Assembly: GCA_051362555.1 (NCBI GenBank)
Contig: CM120648.1
Coordinates: 6,692,587 to 6,756,586 of the forward strand
Source: Lingula anatina
Lineage: Eukaryota; Animalia; Brachiopoda
DNA length: 64,000 nt
Reading direction: 5' to 3'
Shown here in pieces: positions 24,129 through 37,888 of the stretch. Position numbers and translations under genes: made by a program. The notes under the pieces were generated by a model. The model was not told the origin of the DNA. It did not search any database and saw only the letters and a program-made list of their open reading frames with translations. Numbering within the stretch: position 1 is the stretch's first letter; each line of letters starts with the position of its first letter.

Positions 24129-25345
24129 TTTTTTTTGCTTACTAATCGACTTACAAGCCTAAAAAGTCTCAGTGGGAAGGGCGTGGTAGCAACCCCCCCC
24201 CCCTTTCAAGAAAAAAATTAAACAATTAACTATGTGAATAAAATAAAAACCAAGTAAACAAATACATAAATAAATAAAAACAGCATTAGATCTAAGTTTT
24301 TGTACTTAAAAATGACAAATGCGGATTAATAGATGACTAATTCTGCTTGTGGTGTCTTCAGGAAAGATTAATTCTTACCTGGTAAATTGCAAGCGCCTTA
24401 TTGAAAAATATATTAAAGGAGGACGGTGGATCTATATCGCCGATCCACACAATGGTGTTCGCTAAATACCTGGAATATAAGAATGTGGGTAGATGCGAAT
24501 ATTAAGAGGCAGCCAGAAACACAGGCAGAGAAACAACGAAACAGACTGATACCCTGCAGGCATGAGCGCCCGTAGAAAATTTTCCAGGAAAGGGGGGGGG
24601 GGGCAAAATTATTGAAGGGGGAGATAATGATTGGCTGGATACCCGCAATAAAAATGCAGTTCCAAATTTCCGGGAGGGGGGGGAGTGACCCCATTGCCCC
24701 CCCTTCTTCGGACGCCCATGCCTGTAGGAAATATGGGGAAGGTTGGGAATCCGTTAAATCTTTACTGCAATGTTACTTTTGCTCTCTCTCTCTCTCTCTT
24801 ATGTATGTTAATATTAACCTATTCCCTACTCTGTTTATAAATCATTCCTTATATTTATAATATAACTAACCTCAAAGTGCCGGCCAGTCGCAGTAAAAAG
24901 AACACAACAGGGACCGCCGTCATCACTCGGTCCGTCTTCTTTACTGCGCTCAAAGTTTCTCTATCTATGAACAGAGAGCCGGTCTGTTTGATCTAAAAAG
25001 AAATAATAAAAATAAATTAATTAATTTATTTATTAATGGAACTTAAATGTTGCCTATCTGAAAAAATCCCACTAAACTGTATTTTTCCAATTGGATTCAA
25101 CGTTGTATATAAAATTTTATTAAACAATGTACACGTAATACTAAATGGCTGGCCAGTCATTTATATCGCCGTGTCTTACTAGCTGTACGTTTCAAAAAGA
25201 AATGTCGATGCCAGGTACTATTTAAGGGGGTTTATCGTATTTATCGTATTTATTCGGGAATCATACCGGTGAGATTTGTAGACAGAAAATATAACTTTAG
25301 GACATTTTCAAATGCGAATAACAAATGGTAATATCAGTTAGTCAC

Positions 25346-25399
<54 letters not shown>

Positions 25400-26692
25400 G
25401 ATGCATTAGAAAATAATTATTTTTATTCTTAACGATAACAATAGCATAACATAATTTAAACATTTGTTCATCTCAAATTAACCAAAATTACTATATAGGA
25501 CAGCAACTTTATTCACTCTAATTCTACCATGTATTTACCGTTTTCCTAAGCTTGATCTTCATGGAGCAGTATATGAGGGGAAGTACCACCATCGCTCCAA
25601 GCTCCCAGCCTTTTCCAGCCAAAAGCGTCAAGGTGACAACCTCTCCGACAGGTGTCACTGTTTTATTTTGACAAACCTTTATCCAGCACCAACCGCCGGT
25701 GGTACCAAAGACACTTTTATCAGAGATGGTTCTATTAGATGAATTATCAGTTGGTAGTTCTTGATAACCTAGCATATCCAAGGACAGGGTAACTGTAAGT
25801 ATAATCACTGAAAAAATAGCGAAAAGCTTTTGATTTAATTGATTTTTAATTTTTCTTGGAAAGACTGCACATAAAGCCAAAACGAAGGCTAAACGAAATA
25901 TAAATTACTACTAAACTTACGTCACAAGGTATAATACACGTGTGATCTTACTGATAACAAATAATATCCCTCCCTTTACAACATGCTTCGATCCACACGT
26001 TAAAATTCAGGGGTTGGATATTTGTGTGACTGCAATTTATCCAATTAGAGTAGTGAATAAACTAAGTTCGAATTCATCTTGTACGTTCCTGTCTTATTTT
26101 CAACAAAATGTGTTGTATATGTAGTGTATTAAATTTTCGGAAAATGTGCAGCTGTGCATTTTGTAAAAGGTGTCAAAAAGCGATTAAAATGCCGTCGTGT
26201 GGTTTTTCTGGTCCAGTATACCAACGCCCTTCTCTTTCTTTTTTTTTTTTTTATAACTTCTTAATGCTTACCTGGAATACCCCAAGCAATGACGTGCAAG
26301 AGCCAATGGTAACTCTCTGTCCAGCCCGTCCTTTCCGCGTGCAATATCGTCTCACGCACCTGCCACGCGATAATCATCGTCCAGAAGAAAGACGACATGC
26401 TTCCAAAAGTGATTATAAAACTTTGTGCCTTACAAAAAGCTGTAGGATTTTCACATTGCGATTCGGCAGATGAGTTCGTATCGTTGGATTGGCCTAAGCT
26501 CCTTATTGCACCTGATGCATTTCCTAGAGCTATCAAAAAGTCCGCCAGTGCCAGATATAATAATAAGCGTCTGCTTGACGACCGAATGTCTTTGAAAAAC
26601 AGCCATGTTCCGAAGATCAAAACACAGCCACACCAGGACAAGAAACTGCTGGCGAGTGTTAGGGAATTAACGGCTGTTGAAATATCGTACAT
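23057..26692 (-). CDS. GPR157-like 7TM GPCR, copy B; exons 26692-26272, 25807-25539, 24992-24871, 24469-24379, 23350-23057
   Basis: Close paralog of copy A with the same motifs, the same five-exon structure and an intact frame. Confidence 0.88.
23602..23731. mobile_element. Tc1/mariner-like MITE
   Basis: 13-bp perfect TIR CCCTCTACCAGGG flanked by TA on both sides; not present in the copy A intron. Confidence 0.7.
24561..24720. mobile_element. hAT-like MITE in the copy B TM6 intron
   Basis: CATGAGCGCCCG...CGGACGCCCATG ends, 8-bp TSD CCTG(C/T)AGG, absent from the copy A intron (~17905). Confidence 0.8.
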
Positions 26693-27249
26693 GTTGGTAT
26701 TGTTAACACTGAAGTCAAAACTGTTTACAGGCTGTGTTTACATGATAATTCGTATCATCTGAAAGTATAGAAAACAGATTTGTTGCAAACCCCAGTCTCT
26801 TCAATCAACAGTTATAGAAGAATGATGATACTACCAATAAAATTCTGCCCCCTCCCACCCCCGTAGACTCCGAGAATTTCGTTCAGTTCACCCGCCGATA
26901 GGTGTCGTTGGTAGTAACTTGTAACTTTGTTGACAAGAAATATTTAGCAGTCTACAGTGCATGTCACCCATGGCATACATGCAGTTGTTTTCCTGATTCA
27001 AGAACAGAAAAACAATAGAGTAAAAATTGAATAAACAATGGCTAATACAAAAGATGAAGAAGAAGAGAAAAGAACGGTAACACCGTGAGAAACAATTATC
27101 ATACTGGCTATATATAAAAGAGAGATACTACTGACGCATTTGAACACGAACATGTAGTATATCTGTACAACAGAATGACATACTCAACGCTGACCTCCAT
27201 CTTCCCCTTGCAGAAAAATTCACTCATGCACCTGGCCTCCCTTCTCTCT

Positions 27250-27282
<33 letters not shown>

Positions 27283-28200
27283 TGTGTCCCTCTTTCTCAC
27301 ATATCCGCCCACAAACACGCATGGCCACCCTCACGTACACATAACACTCCTCGTTTAAATAAACACAAAAACTTCTCTGCACAACGTATTTGAATATGTA
27401 CGACATTGTAAACCTAAACGCAAAACATCAAAAATGTGATTGAATAGTTACATTTACGACATTACCCTGTTCCCGGCTGCATACCTTTTCTCTGTTGTCA
27501 TTTAAAATCTAGGCTATCTTAGATACGTGTTATCAACATATTACATGAACGTAAATTGCGTATATAGCCAACACTGAACCGGCAGTTATCGCAGCACTCG
27601 CTTAAATCTGTCAACCGAGTTAGATGACCTTAAATAAATCCTTGATCTTTGTAACGTTTGTGTCCCCAGTTAAGGGATTGATTAGACCAAAGGTGTTAAT
27701 GAACCCCATTGTCTTGATATGAACAATGCCCGTCATTCGTTTGTCCATTCTTCTATTGGAATGCAAGATGGAGGGTTGGGAATGAATTACCAGCGAGAAA
27801 TATTCCATGGCGACGGATTATGATAGCGTTTTTGATACTTTTCCCATTATGCCTATTGTCATTTTTTCCCTTTTATTCAGCATTTGTATCAGTTTGATAC
27901 AAACAATTTGATACGAACAAGTTTTTTCAGATTATTTTGAAAATTTCGTTTTGGAACGCACGGCATTAAAGAAGTCTGTTCCATACTTGATTTTTATTTT
28001 CGTTTTGGTTTTCTCCACAACTGCTGAAGTTTAAATGTAATCAAAGCATCCCCAGTTACACAACCCGTCCTTATCAGTTATTTCATTCTACAAAGATAAA
28101 AACCTTTATAATAATCTATCTGTATGAATTGCGTCTTATGGTTTTGGTAGAAGATAACCAGACTCATTTGCTTTACTTAACTGATTGTCAATCCCTTTTC

Positions 28201-28237
<37 letters not shown>

Positions 28238-28889
28238 TAATAATAATAATAATAATGTTTATTTGGCGCTAAATGTGCAGGCTACATGGCTAGCCATTTA
28301 CTGGCTCATTAATCTACGAAGAGTATAGTACGTGTACTTATACACGTAGGCCTACACAATAAGTGTAATAATGATAATAATAATAACTATAGACTAAGAG
28401 CAATATCAAAAGTTGTATAACTTGACCTGAAGGTTGATAAGATATTATAAAACGTGATAACGATGGGGGAAGTGGTATTAAACCAATCCACTTGTACAAT
28501 CGACATGGTTTGTATATATAATTTGCCACTGAAATCCTTGTGGCCATCATGTGAGAAAGAGAGATGTATGTTTTCGTTTGTAATGTTTGTGAAACCAATT
28601 ACATTTGTGTTGAAATTCATTTTCATCCTCGGTACTTCAAACTTGAACACGTTTTTGACGTCACACATAAAATGCCCGAACTTGGGTTGGGGTAGTTATA
28701 GGTGCTGTCGTTCAAGCAACTTTTAAAAACACTTCGAACTGGTCCCAGGTTTGCAGGAACCATGTCAGCGTTAAAGTTGGTTTCCAAAACAGCCATAATC
28801 ACTTTTTGACAAGCAAGTGCTTATTGGCGTTTATACCGAACAAATCACTGGAACGATTCAACTTGTCCTTCAGACGTATCCGTATTATT

Positions 28890-29156
28890 AATTTATTTTA
28901 TAACATTTATTTGCGACTAACAGTCATTATATACGATTTCGCCTCCTTGGGGAGGATACAGCCCAGTTGCCGTATGAGGCGCTGAGAGTTAGCATGTTGA
29001 CAAGAACGTCCTCTGTCAGACCAGGGACCCTGCTTCAACCCCTAGGTGCTGATTTCCAAGCTTACCGTTTATAAAGGACTGGTATGTCCCTATACGGGGT
29101 CTAACCCACGTCCTCCATCTTGTGGTCAGAGTCGGACACTCTACGCACAAGGGCAT
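28890..29156 (-). mobile_element. Probable decayed tRNA-derived SINE
   Basis: Minus-strand head ...gcgtagagtgtccgactct...gtgggttagaccccgtatagggacatacca resembles a tRNA-like A/B-box head; the tail is A-rich. Confidence 0.5.
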
Positions 29157-29159
29157 AAT

Positions 29160-29200
<41 letters not shown>

Positions 29201-29219
29201 CTTTGGTATCAAGGAAACG

Positions 29220-30018
29220 TCAGTCATCACACGAAGGCTGCAATAACGGGTCTACTTCACTGTTATTTCCACTATGGGATTGCACGTGGTAATGCTTTGT
29301 TACGTCTGCCTCGTGGTAAATGTTCTGCGCTCTTGATCTTCCGTTTTTGGAGATCTTTTTTAATTTCCGCCTGCCTCGCCCAATCACTTTCCTCAGTTCA
29401 ACTCTAACGGAGTCGGTGAGTAAGCAGTACAGGACACAGTTGGTGAACCCCTGGGCGCTGTCTCCTACTGCCTGGAGACAAAGAAGAGAAATAATAGAAA
29501 CCCGTTATTTTTATGTTAGGTATACCTGTAAAGGTTACAATGTACCAGAATGTGATTTTAGATGCATTGAATTCAAACAGTCCGGACTTATAGTATAGTA
29601 TAGTATATGTAAAGAAGACACGCCCCCTGTTCACTGTACAGATTCATCTTCAAGTGAAAAATACCATATTATAGAACGAGATATCGCCAACACACTTGAG
29701 GTTTTTTAACAAGCAATATAATGAGGATGGTGCCCTTAGTCTACAGGTACACATTTTCACCTATTTAAACTCATTTCCCTTTTGTCACTGTCTAAATATT
29801 TCCTTTCATCAGCTGCGGAAGAAATTTGGGGATATTCACATCAATCCGGAAGGAAAACATTAAATCGATGTTTGTGTAGTGGCCCTTTCATTAATATAAT
29901 TTTCATGAACAGCACAAGAGGCTTGAATACGCGGATTACATGTACATGTACTGTAACCTTCTATCCAACTTCAACCAGCCAATAAAAAAAGGCATAAAGG
30001 GTAATTACCAGTATACAC

Positions 30019-30051
<33 letters not shown>

Positions 30052-30397
30052 ATGTGTGTGTGTGTGCGTAAATAAAGTAAAATTAAACAAATAGATCTAC
30101 CAAAGAAGACAATGTATTACCTGCATTATCAGGAGCACTTTATTGAAAATCAAAGCATGTGTAGCAGTTTCAGGCACAAGTTCTAAGACCAGAAGCGTAT
30201 TGCCTATAAAACGGACGCAGCTCCATAGTCTCAAGAGCAGGAACATGGCGGGGATCCAAGTCATGAGACGATCTGTTTCCTTCACTGACTCATACAGGGA
30301 AGCTGATTGATGTATTAACTCAGTAGGCTGGAAATAGAAAAGTATTATTTAGATTCCTGGGGTTTCGCAGTTTTCACAATGAAATGTGCGACAAAAA

Positions 30398-30476
<79 letters not shown>

Positions 30477-30625
30477 AGACCAGAAACAGACTTCTAATCA
30501 ACAAGAATGTTAGATTATTTTCTTATATTTAGCACCCAAAATGAAAAAGTGAATTTAAATACACTGTTTGGCGAAACACATCGTGTCACATGGTATGTGT
30601 GCCATTAATATTATAAATATTATTT

Positions 30626-30668
<43 letters not shown>

Positions 30669-31939
30669 GACTCACTGGTATCGGTACATATGACACACAC
30701 TCACAATACCACTGAAACACATGCCATTCTGACTTCATCCACACGGGCACAAAGTAACCCACACAAAGAGCAAACAATTCAGGCCGCGCACGTACAGAAC
30801 ATACCGTGACCTTAATTCTTCTTTTTGACAGTATATAGAGCACGGGAATCACCAGAAATGCCACATATAGCCAGAGCTGCCCCGTCACTATATAAAAAGT
30901 TATAATCTCCGCCGAGTTATGCCCCCTTATTTCATCGGCGCTCGTCTTTATCCAACACCAAAGTCCACTGGCCATTGTGGGTATTCCCTTCTCTTCAATA
31001 GTGTCCAGCCCAAGTCTGCCCCGACCAAGTGTGACCAAAACTATCCCCACTGGAAACAAGGAAAAAGTAAAAAAGGTCTAATAAAATGTAATATAATGGT
31101 TTTTCTCAAGGATTAATTGTATCTTTTGAGAGGAGGTTAAAAACTTGAGGAAAATTAACCTCTTACAGCAATCCCGTTCTCTTGCCTTTATTTTAATTGA
31201 TCTCGATTATACCAAGAAGCCCAAGAACCCCTGGCCACCCTCTTCCATGATTCTGTCCCCTTTACAAGCTACATAGCTTATACAGATCTAACTTTCTACC
31301 AGAGAGAGGCTGGGTGATAGAGTTATTTACTTATTTATATAATTATTTAAGAAAATACTAACACAGTACAGGGGCCTATCAAAGGGTGGGGCCTATCAAA
31401 GCCGTGCAGTGCACTGAACTTCTGTTTGTATAATTTTTTCAAGGATCAGCCAAGACCTGTGCACTTACAATGTGCTCAGATCTTCTGTACTTACAAGGTA
31501 CTCCCCAGCACAGAAGATGCTGCGCCCAGCGGTGTCTGTCCAGCCAGTACGTCCCCGTCCCCGGCACCAGGACCGACCTGTAGACGTGCCACGCTATCAG
31601 CATGCTCCACAGGAACGACGACATCGTCGCCAAAGTTGACACAAAGCTTTGCGCCACGCATGCCGGATGAGGGTGGCTGCAATTGTGATTCATTGGGTCT
31701 GGGTGAAGATGGTCCCCTAAGGTCCAGCTGGTACCTATAAGCTGACCGCTGGCCACGAAGAAATCCGCAATCGTAAGATAAAGCAGCATGAGTCGGTTCG
31801 GTGTGCGGACGCTCCTTAACAGGATCCACGAGGCGAAGATGACCGAGCAGCCTCCCAGGGAGAGAATGCACGTGCCGATGGCGGTGATGCTGGCAATGCA
31901 CTGGAAGTCGTCCACTCCACAGGTGACATTGAGAACCAT
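29220..31939 (-). CDS. GPR157-like 7TM GPCR, copy C; exons 31939-31495, 31049-30805, 30327-30121, 29471-29220
   Basis: MLLYLTIADF, CVAQSFVST..SSFLWS, HLLCWGVP, LWCWIK, IPAMFLLLRLWS, GDSAQGFTNCVLYC; 4 exons, intact frame. Confidence 0.88.
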
Positions 31940-33754
31940 ATTTGATGGCACCGAATGGGTTATAAATCCGCTATATAATCCCCACGATGATATCCTTGAG
32001 AACCACAGCACGTTGATTGAAATTTCGAAGAGTTTAGAGAATTATTGACGAAGCATAAGGGACATTGGCACTGACACAGGAACAGGATGTTTTTTTTTAA
32101 ATATCGGCGTGGAATTAAAAGTGACTGTCTTTGGAGTGCACACGTCCTGCAAAAGTATAATGAACACCTAAAATCAGAATAGAAAAATAATTGATCTATC
32201 TGCCTTAAAATTAGATCATTTCTTAGGTTACAGAGAATATGTAACGTACAAATGCATGTATATGAACCGGTTCCATCATTGCTCAAGTTTGATAGGCAAC
32301 ACTGACACTGCCATACACATATTGATAATATGTACATGTGTTATCTGTTTATCTTTTCGTCATGCATTTTGTTCGTAATTGTCATACAATATACAATACA
32401 GTGCATGTATATTATAAAATATGATAATGCTACCATATTGTAAAAATACACACCAATAACAATTGGAGCTGTTCATACTGAGTAGCCTACATGTAGGCCT
32501 ATAGCGTAAAATGAGGCCACGTATCCCCCCCTCCTCCATAATTTGCGATAACACTTTGAAATATCTGCTTAGAATATTGGAGCTGATAATATAAGCTACG
32601 ATTGTAAATTTTAAAGCGAAAATCCACATTGTAGGTTACACTGTACACAAACTGGCAATGTAGCTGCATAAGGACAGCGGGCATGCGCAGTTGCAGAGTT
32701 TTGATAAAGAATTTATTTTGTGGTGGTGTAGGATTTAAGTGGTAACCAAGTCCTTCAGAAGTTCCTTGCTTTTTCTTGAGACAGCGTCTAAATTTGATGA
32801 GTACTACATGTACAAGTGGTAAAAATAACCTGACTGCAAGAGTTTTAGGCCTGCCCTCCCCCCCCCCCTTCTCAATTTTTCTCAGCCTTGCCCCTGAAAT
32901 GGGTTATCACTTAAAAGCATATCAAGCAGATAAAGCTGGCTACAGGCCTATCGAATATAGAGGAAATACAAAAGTACTTACACATACAGTATCAACTCAT
33001 CTCAATAACACCACGGCCCGTGGTCGGGGATCAATTTAACCCAGCAGTTTCTTTTCGACCTTGACACAATTAAATGTTTTGAGTCATGATATACGTGCGG
33101 TTGCAGTTCTAGGCTCGTGGAAGTAGAGCCACAACATTTAAGGAGATTTAAGTGTTTCAGTAATCTTATTGTTGATATAATTCAGTATAGCGTGTTCCAG
33201 CGTGAGAGATGGGACCAGTTTAGGCTAGAACTTCAAATGCCACTGGTTAAATCAATTCTTACTACCATTATTTTTTACTACCTACCCTTGAACGAATAAA
33301 ACGTTATTTGTTCAAGAACTGCCTCAGTATCGTGACCTTAAGAGGTCATGGCTCAGAGGTGAGTCCTATGTTTTCTTCACATCAAAGAAATCAAAACTTA
33401 ATCTAGGCTCTATGTCATGTATCAATTTAGATCAATTAATGGGTCAATTTTTTCAGACCCCCCCCCTCTTTTAAACTGTAAACTACGGACCTGGTGAGAA
33501 AAAATTTTCACCGATTTTGTAAAATGACGAAGATTCAGAGAAGCAGAAAAGTTTTGTAAGACCATTGGAAGGAGATAAAGAACAACGGGGCACGTGTGCC
33601 CTTTCATTCAAAATTCAAAAACCTTTATTCAAACAATAAAAAATATCATTCTGATGCCTATTTTAATAGACTGTCATACGCACATATAACCCTGGAAAAA
33701 TAGATATTTCTTATCACGTTGAGATTAAAACAAATACTGTATTGATATGTCTAT

Positions 33755-35884
33755 CTGTCATTCTTTGCTAGTGGTTACAAAATGTTGAATTTGACCGAAA
33801 ATTTCAAACTTTCTCTGGGAAGCTGTAATTTTGCGATGTGATAGCTACACCATCACAGTTTATCATTTCATAAAAAGGGAAACAGCAGCTGCCCTTTTTA
33901 GGGCACACAGGAGAGTTGAACAGCTATACCCACCAAATCCAAGACGCGTTACCCTGGGTAATATATTTTGCACAAACTAATGAAAGTCTAATGGAATGTT
34001 TTCAGTTTTAGTTTAAATCATAAGGGGGTGTTGTCTCAATGCTTCAAAACTGGTTTTGAAGAATTTAATCCACATTTCATAATTAATAAAAATGGTGAAT
34101 ATGTGGGTCACGGTAACGTTATTGACGCGGGTACAAAAACTTTTTATAATCATGTAAATAATAACAATATTTTTGCTATTATCCATACACACTTCATTCA
34201 TGAGGGGCACACCACTTTCACATGCTTTTAAAATGGAATTGACAAACACAGAGGAATAATGCACATATTTTATTTACTGTAACTCTGTCATATGGGACAC
34301 ACACTGAACAAAGTTGATCTAAAGAATGTTCCAGATTGTAGTTTTTTATCAGAACTATTATTTTTTTATTATTATTTTAACACAATAACGTTCAGTTAAA
34401 TACAAAATTTAACAAAATGAAGTTCAGTGTAACACAAAGTTCATAATTATAACATTCTTCCTGACATATGTAGACCAATGGTGATATCTGTTCTGTGCTC
34501 ACTAAGGCATCCACTCTTGGGATTCTGAAAAAAAATCACACAAAGAATCTGTTAACTCTGATAACGAACAATGGATAACCTAAGATCACAAATAGTTTAT
34601 TGCTTATTCAAACAAAGTACAGTGCATTATGAGTGGCAAACACGCATTACTGAGACACATTTTCTTCACCCATTTTCGGTGCTTCATTGCGTAACGTAAG
34701 TGTTGCTAGTAATCCATTATTGCTGTTTTTACAGACGGTTAAATTTTAAACGCACGGAATACAGTGTAGCAGCTTAATTTAAGACAAAACTAAAAAAAAG
34801 TAATTCAATTTCGATGATTGAGTTTTCCAGAACAAGAGAACATGAATACGGTATCACCGCGTCACCATGTTCAATATGACCTTTAGTCCCCCATGTGAAA
34901 CAGACGCAAAACGAAAGTTCAGACGAAGTCACCCTACTTATAGAATGGTAAAAATCAATCGGTACACAAATATGTTGAAACAATTGAAGAAAAATGAAAC
35001 GAAACTCATTATTTCTCACCTTCATACAAAGAAGATCCCAATAAACAATCCTGTGACGGTTAAATCGAGGGAATTACACCTGTGCCCTGCATCCTATCTC
35101 GACAGCGTCATTGCGTGCCATGTTATCAGAATGGGCCACCCGCCAGTTTGAGCTGGTTTTTTTAGTGTGTAAAAGAAGCCATTCGTGTGTAGACGTCATC
35201 AGTTAGTGAGTATGGAAGAAGATCGCTATCGATGTATAATTTTCACGCGGCATTTTAAAGTCGTCTGATAAGAATCGATCTCTGAAGTTGCAGCGTTGCG
35301 AACGTTATATTGGGACGCGGTGAAGAAAAATCGACCTTGCTGAGCAATAAATGTGAAATTCTTAAGAAAACTGATATTATCATGGATTTCGTGACACAAA
35401 CTAACCGAAATACTACTTTGGACGATTGAACAGTTTTAATACGGAAAGATAGGATTAGATGAAATTTTCATCGGGGTGGGACACCGCATGTATCGTAAGT
35501 TAAGCTAATTTTGTGATCATTTTTCAGTGACTTCAAATAAATTTTTATTTAAATAACCATTTGCACATTCTGTTTATTATATCTTCTTGCAGTAGGTGTA
35601 TTCCCTGCTTCAATAATTCATTCAAACCCTAAACAAACTGTTCCTAAATAGAGGTAGGGTCGAAATTCCACAAAAAAAGACGCCATTTTGAGGGTAATTT
35701 CGATATATTTTCTGCTTTTTCTCTTCTTTTGCTTTTATAACAATATCCTCCTTGCTCATGCAGCTTCTTTGATTTGTTATTGAAACATACACAACGATGT
35801 CATGAGAATTTGGTCGGCTATCTAAATTGAAATAACATTCTTGTTATGGCCCCCCTCCAGTGTACCACTAGCAAAGAATGACTG
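33755..35884. mobile_element. 2.1-kb non-autonomous DNA transposon, 4-bp TSD, superfamily unassigned
   Basis: TIR C(T/A)GTCATTCTTTGCTAGTGGT, with CTAT duplicated on both sides; the empty site gtCTATagaaac is in the duplicate block at ~42619-42630. Confidence 0.85.
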
Positions 35885-36174
35885 CTATAGAAACTTGTAG
35901 ATCAAAGTTCAAATCATTAAAATGTTTATGATGTTATCTGAGGCCAGCAACGACCGCCTCTTCTCTATTAATGTTTTTCAAAACATATACAAAGTATAAC
36001 ACTACAGACAATTAAGAGCTAAACTGATCTGTTCCATCAATTTAAAAAATCACTTATCACAATTTCAAGTTGCATTATAAAAGCAAAGCAACATATTATG
36101 ACTGCTTCAACAAAGAGAGCAAAAGAAAACTGAAACAGTTACAGTGAGGCACGAAGTGATACTCCAATTCTTTT

Positions 36175-36490
36175 TGAGTGGGTGGTGGGATGGAAGCAGG
36201 TGGTGGGGAAATGGTGAAATACAGGTGGGTGGTGGGATAGAATTGGGTGGTGGGATAGTGATGAAATACAAGTGGGTGGTTGGATAGAAGTGGTGGTGGG
36301 AAAAGGTGGAATAACGGTGGGTGGTGGGATGGTAATGGAACAGAGGTGGGTGGTGGGATAGAAGTGGGTGGTTGGATGATGGTGGGATGGTAGGCTAATA
36401 GAATAGAGGTATATGCTGGAATGGAGGTGGGTAGTCACCGGGATGATGGTGGAATAGATGCGGATAGTGGGATGGTGCTGGGATAGAGGT
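36175..36490 (+). repeat. G-rich degenerate ~18-bp minisatellite (GGGTGGTGGGATAGAAGT-like); paralogous copy at ~42912-43220
   Basis: Seen directly; explains the Pro/His/Thr-rich ORFs at 36139 and 42839. Confidence 0.8.
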
Positions 36491-36946
36491 GATTAAAGTG
36501 TTCCTTTTAGTCAGTTAAGGTTCATTGTGATTAGTTTGATTTAATAAGAGGCATCCGTCAAACTGGGTCAACTAAGGGGGGGGGGGTAAAAAGGTCACCA
36601 TTTTCAGAAAATAAAAACGAACCCTCCTTTGTAATTAAAAAAAAAAAAAAAAAACAAGCCCGTTGAGATATGAGTTCTTGCACGTATGCAAATCGAACAA
36701 TTAGCGAAACAAGACTGAGTGCACCATCCCCGAGAGTACCCCCACCCCTGACCCCCAAGGGAACTGCCCTGGGCACCGTAACTTGAAAGCATCGCGTATT
36801 TCGAATAGCGATATCACATAGAGGCTACAATGTATTATATGGGGCAAGTATAAGCGAGTTATGGAATCGAGACGCTTGCGCTCGGTCGCAATGCGCGATG
36901 CTCTCGAGTTACGGGGCCCTGGACTGCGGGTAGACGTTCGAGTTCA

Positions 36947-37367
36947 TTAAGTTGGGGTACTGGCATTAAAAGATGACCGCAGTAGCGGCTCTGTCTCTGA
37001 GTCACTTTCATGTGGGGAATTCAGTTGAGTATGCATCGACCCTTCGTCTCTGTGTTGTCTTTCTCGGCGGGTGTCGGCCCACTCGCCTGGTCCTGGCCCA
37101 CTCGCCTCAGTTTGCGTGTCTCGTCCGATACCTAGACGCAAGCAGAGTTTTTTCTTGAGCTCTATTCTGACAGAGTCGGTGAGTAAGCAGTACAGGACAC
37201 AGTTGGTGAACCCCTGGGCGCTGTCACCGACTGCCTGGAGACAAAGAAAATAATTAAATACAATATTGTAGTATAAAAATGTATATTATAGTAGACCAAC
37301 ACCAACATCGCATACCAGACAGAAAGCAAGGCGAATTGCATGCGAGCAGGTTGTTTTTCTTTCAATA

Positions 37368-37407
<40 letters not shown>

Positions 37408-37844
37408 TCAACAACAACAACAACAACAACAATAATAATAATAATAATAATAATAACAGAAGCACCATTTACCTGCATCACCAGAAACACCTGATTAAAT
37501 AGCACAGTTAACATATCATCATCTGTCTTTTCATTAAAGATGAGGATTATATTGCCGACAAAACGAACGCAGCTCCAAATCCGCAGCAGTAAAAATGTGA
37601 CAGGCACCCAAGTCATGAGGCGGTCGGCTTCTTGAGCACTCTCAAATAACGCAGCTGAGTTGTAGGAGGAACTGTTGACCTTCAAACGTAAGGGAAATGA
37701 AAACGACTCTCACATATAATTTTAAAAATTCATCTCCGTATAGAACCTTTTTTTATTTTGAGCAGTAAGGTTGTAATTTTTCGTGTAGTTTCGTGTAGTG
37801 TTCGTTGAATAAGATTTTTTTAAGGAATAGCGTGCACACACAAG

Positions 37845-37888
<44 letters not shown>

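Larger units (their letters stand above)
16000..28882. repeat. Tandem segmental duplication: ~16000-22776 versus ~22850-28882 (GPCR copies A and B with introns and upstream DNA)
   Basis: Colinear similarity across exons, introns and ~2 kb upstream; both units end at ...ttcaacttgtc.tt.agacgtatccg (22776, 28882). Confidence 0.9.

Noticed and set aside
34013-34264. Possible transposase remnant (VKVVCP...) inside the 2.1-kb element
   Set aside because: It is too short and interrupted by stops to assign without a profile search.
36139-36438. Pro/His/Thr-rich ORFs (also 42839-43174)
   Set aside because: They come from the antisense of a G-rich minisatellite, and the frame is not conserved between the two copies.
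37286-37468. Poly-Leu, poly-Ile, poly-Tyr, ERER and CVCV ORFs here and elsewhere
   Set aside because: These are translations of microsatellites.
37682-37700. TTTCCCTTACG near the D/F exon 3 acceptor resembling a U12 branch site
   Set aside because: The matching donor is GTATGC, not GTATCC, so it is treated as a U2 intron.
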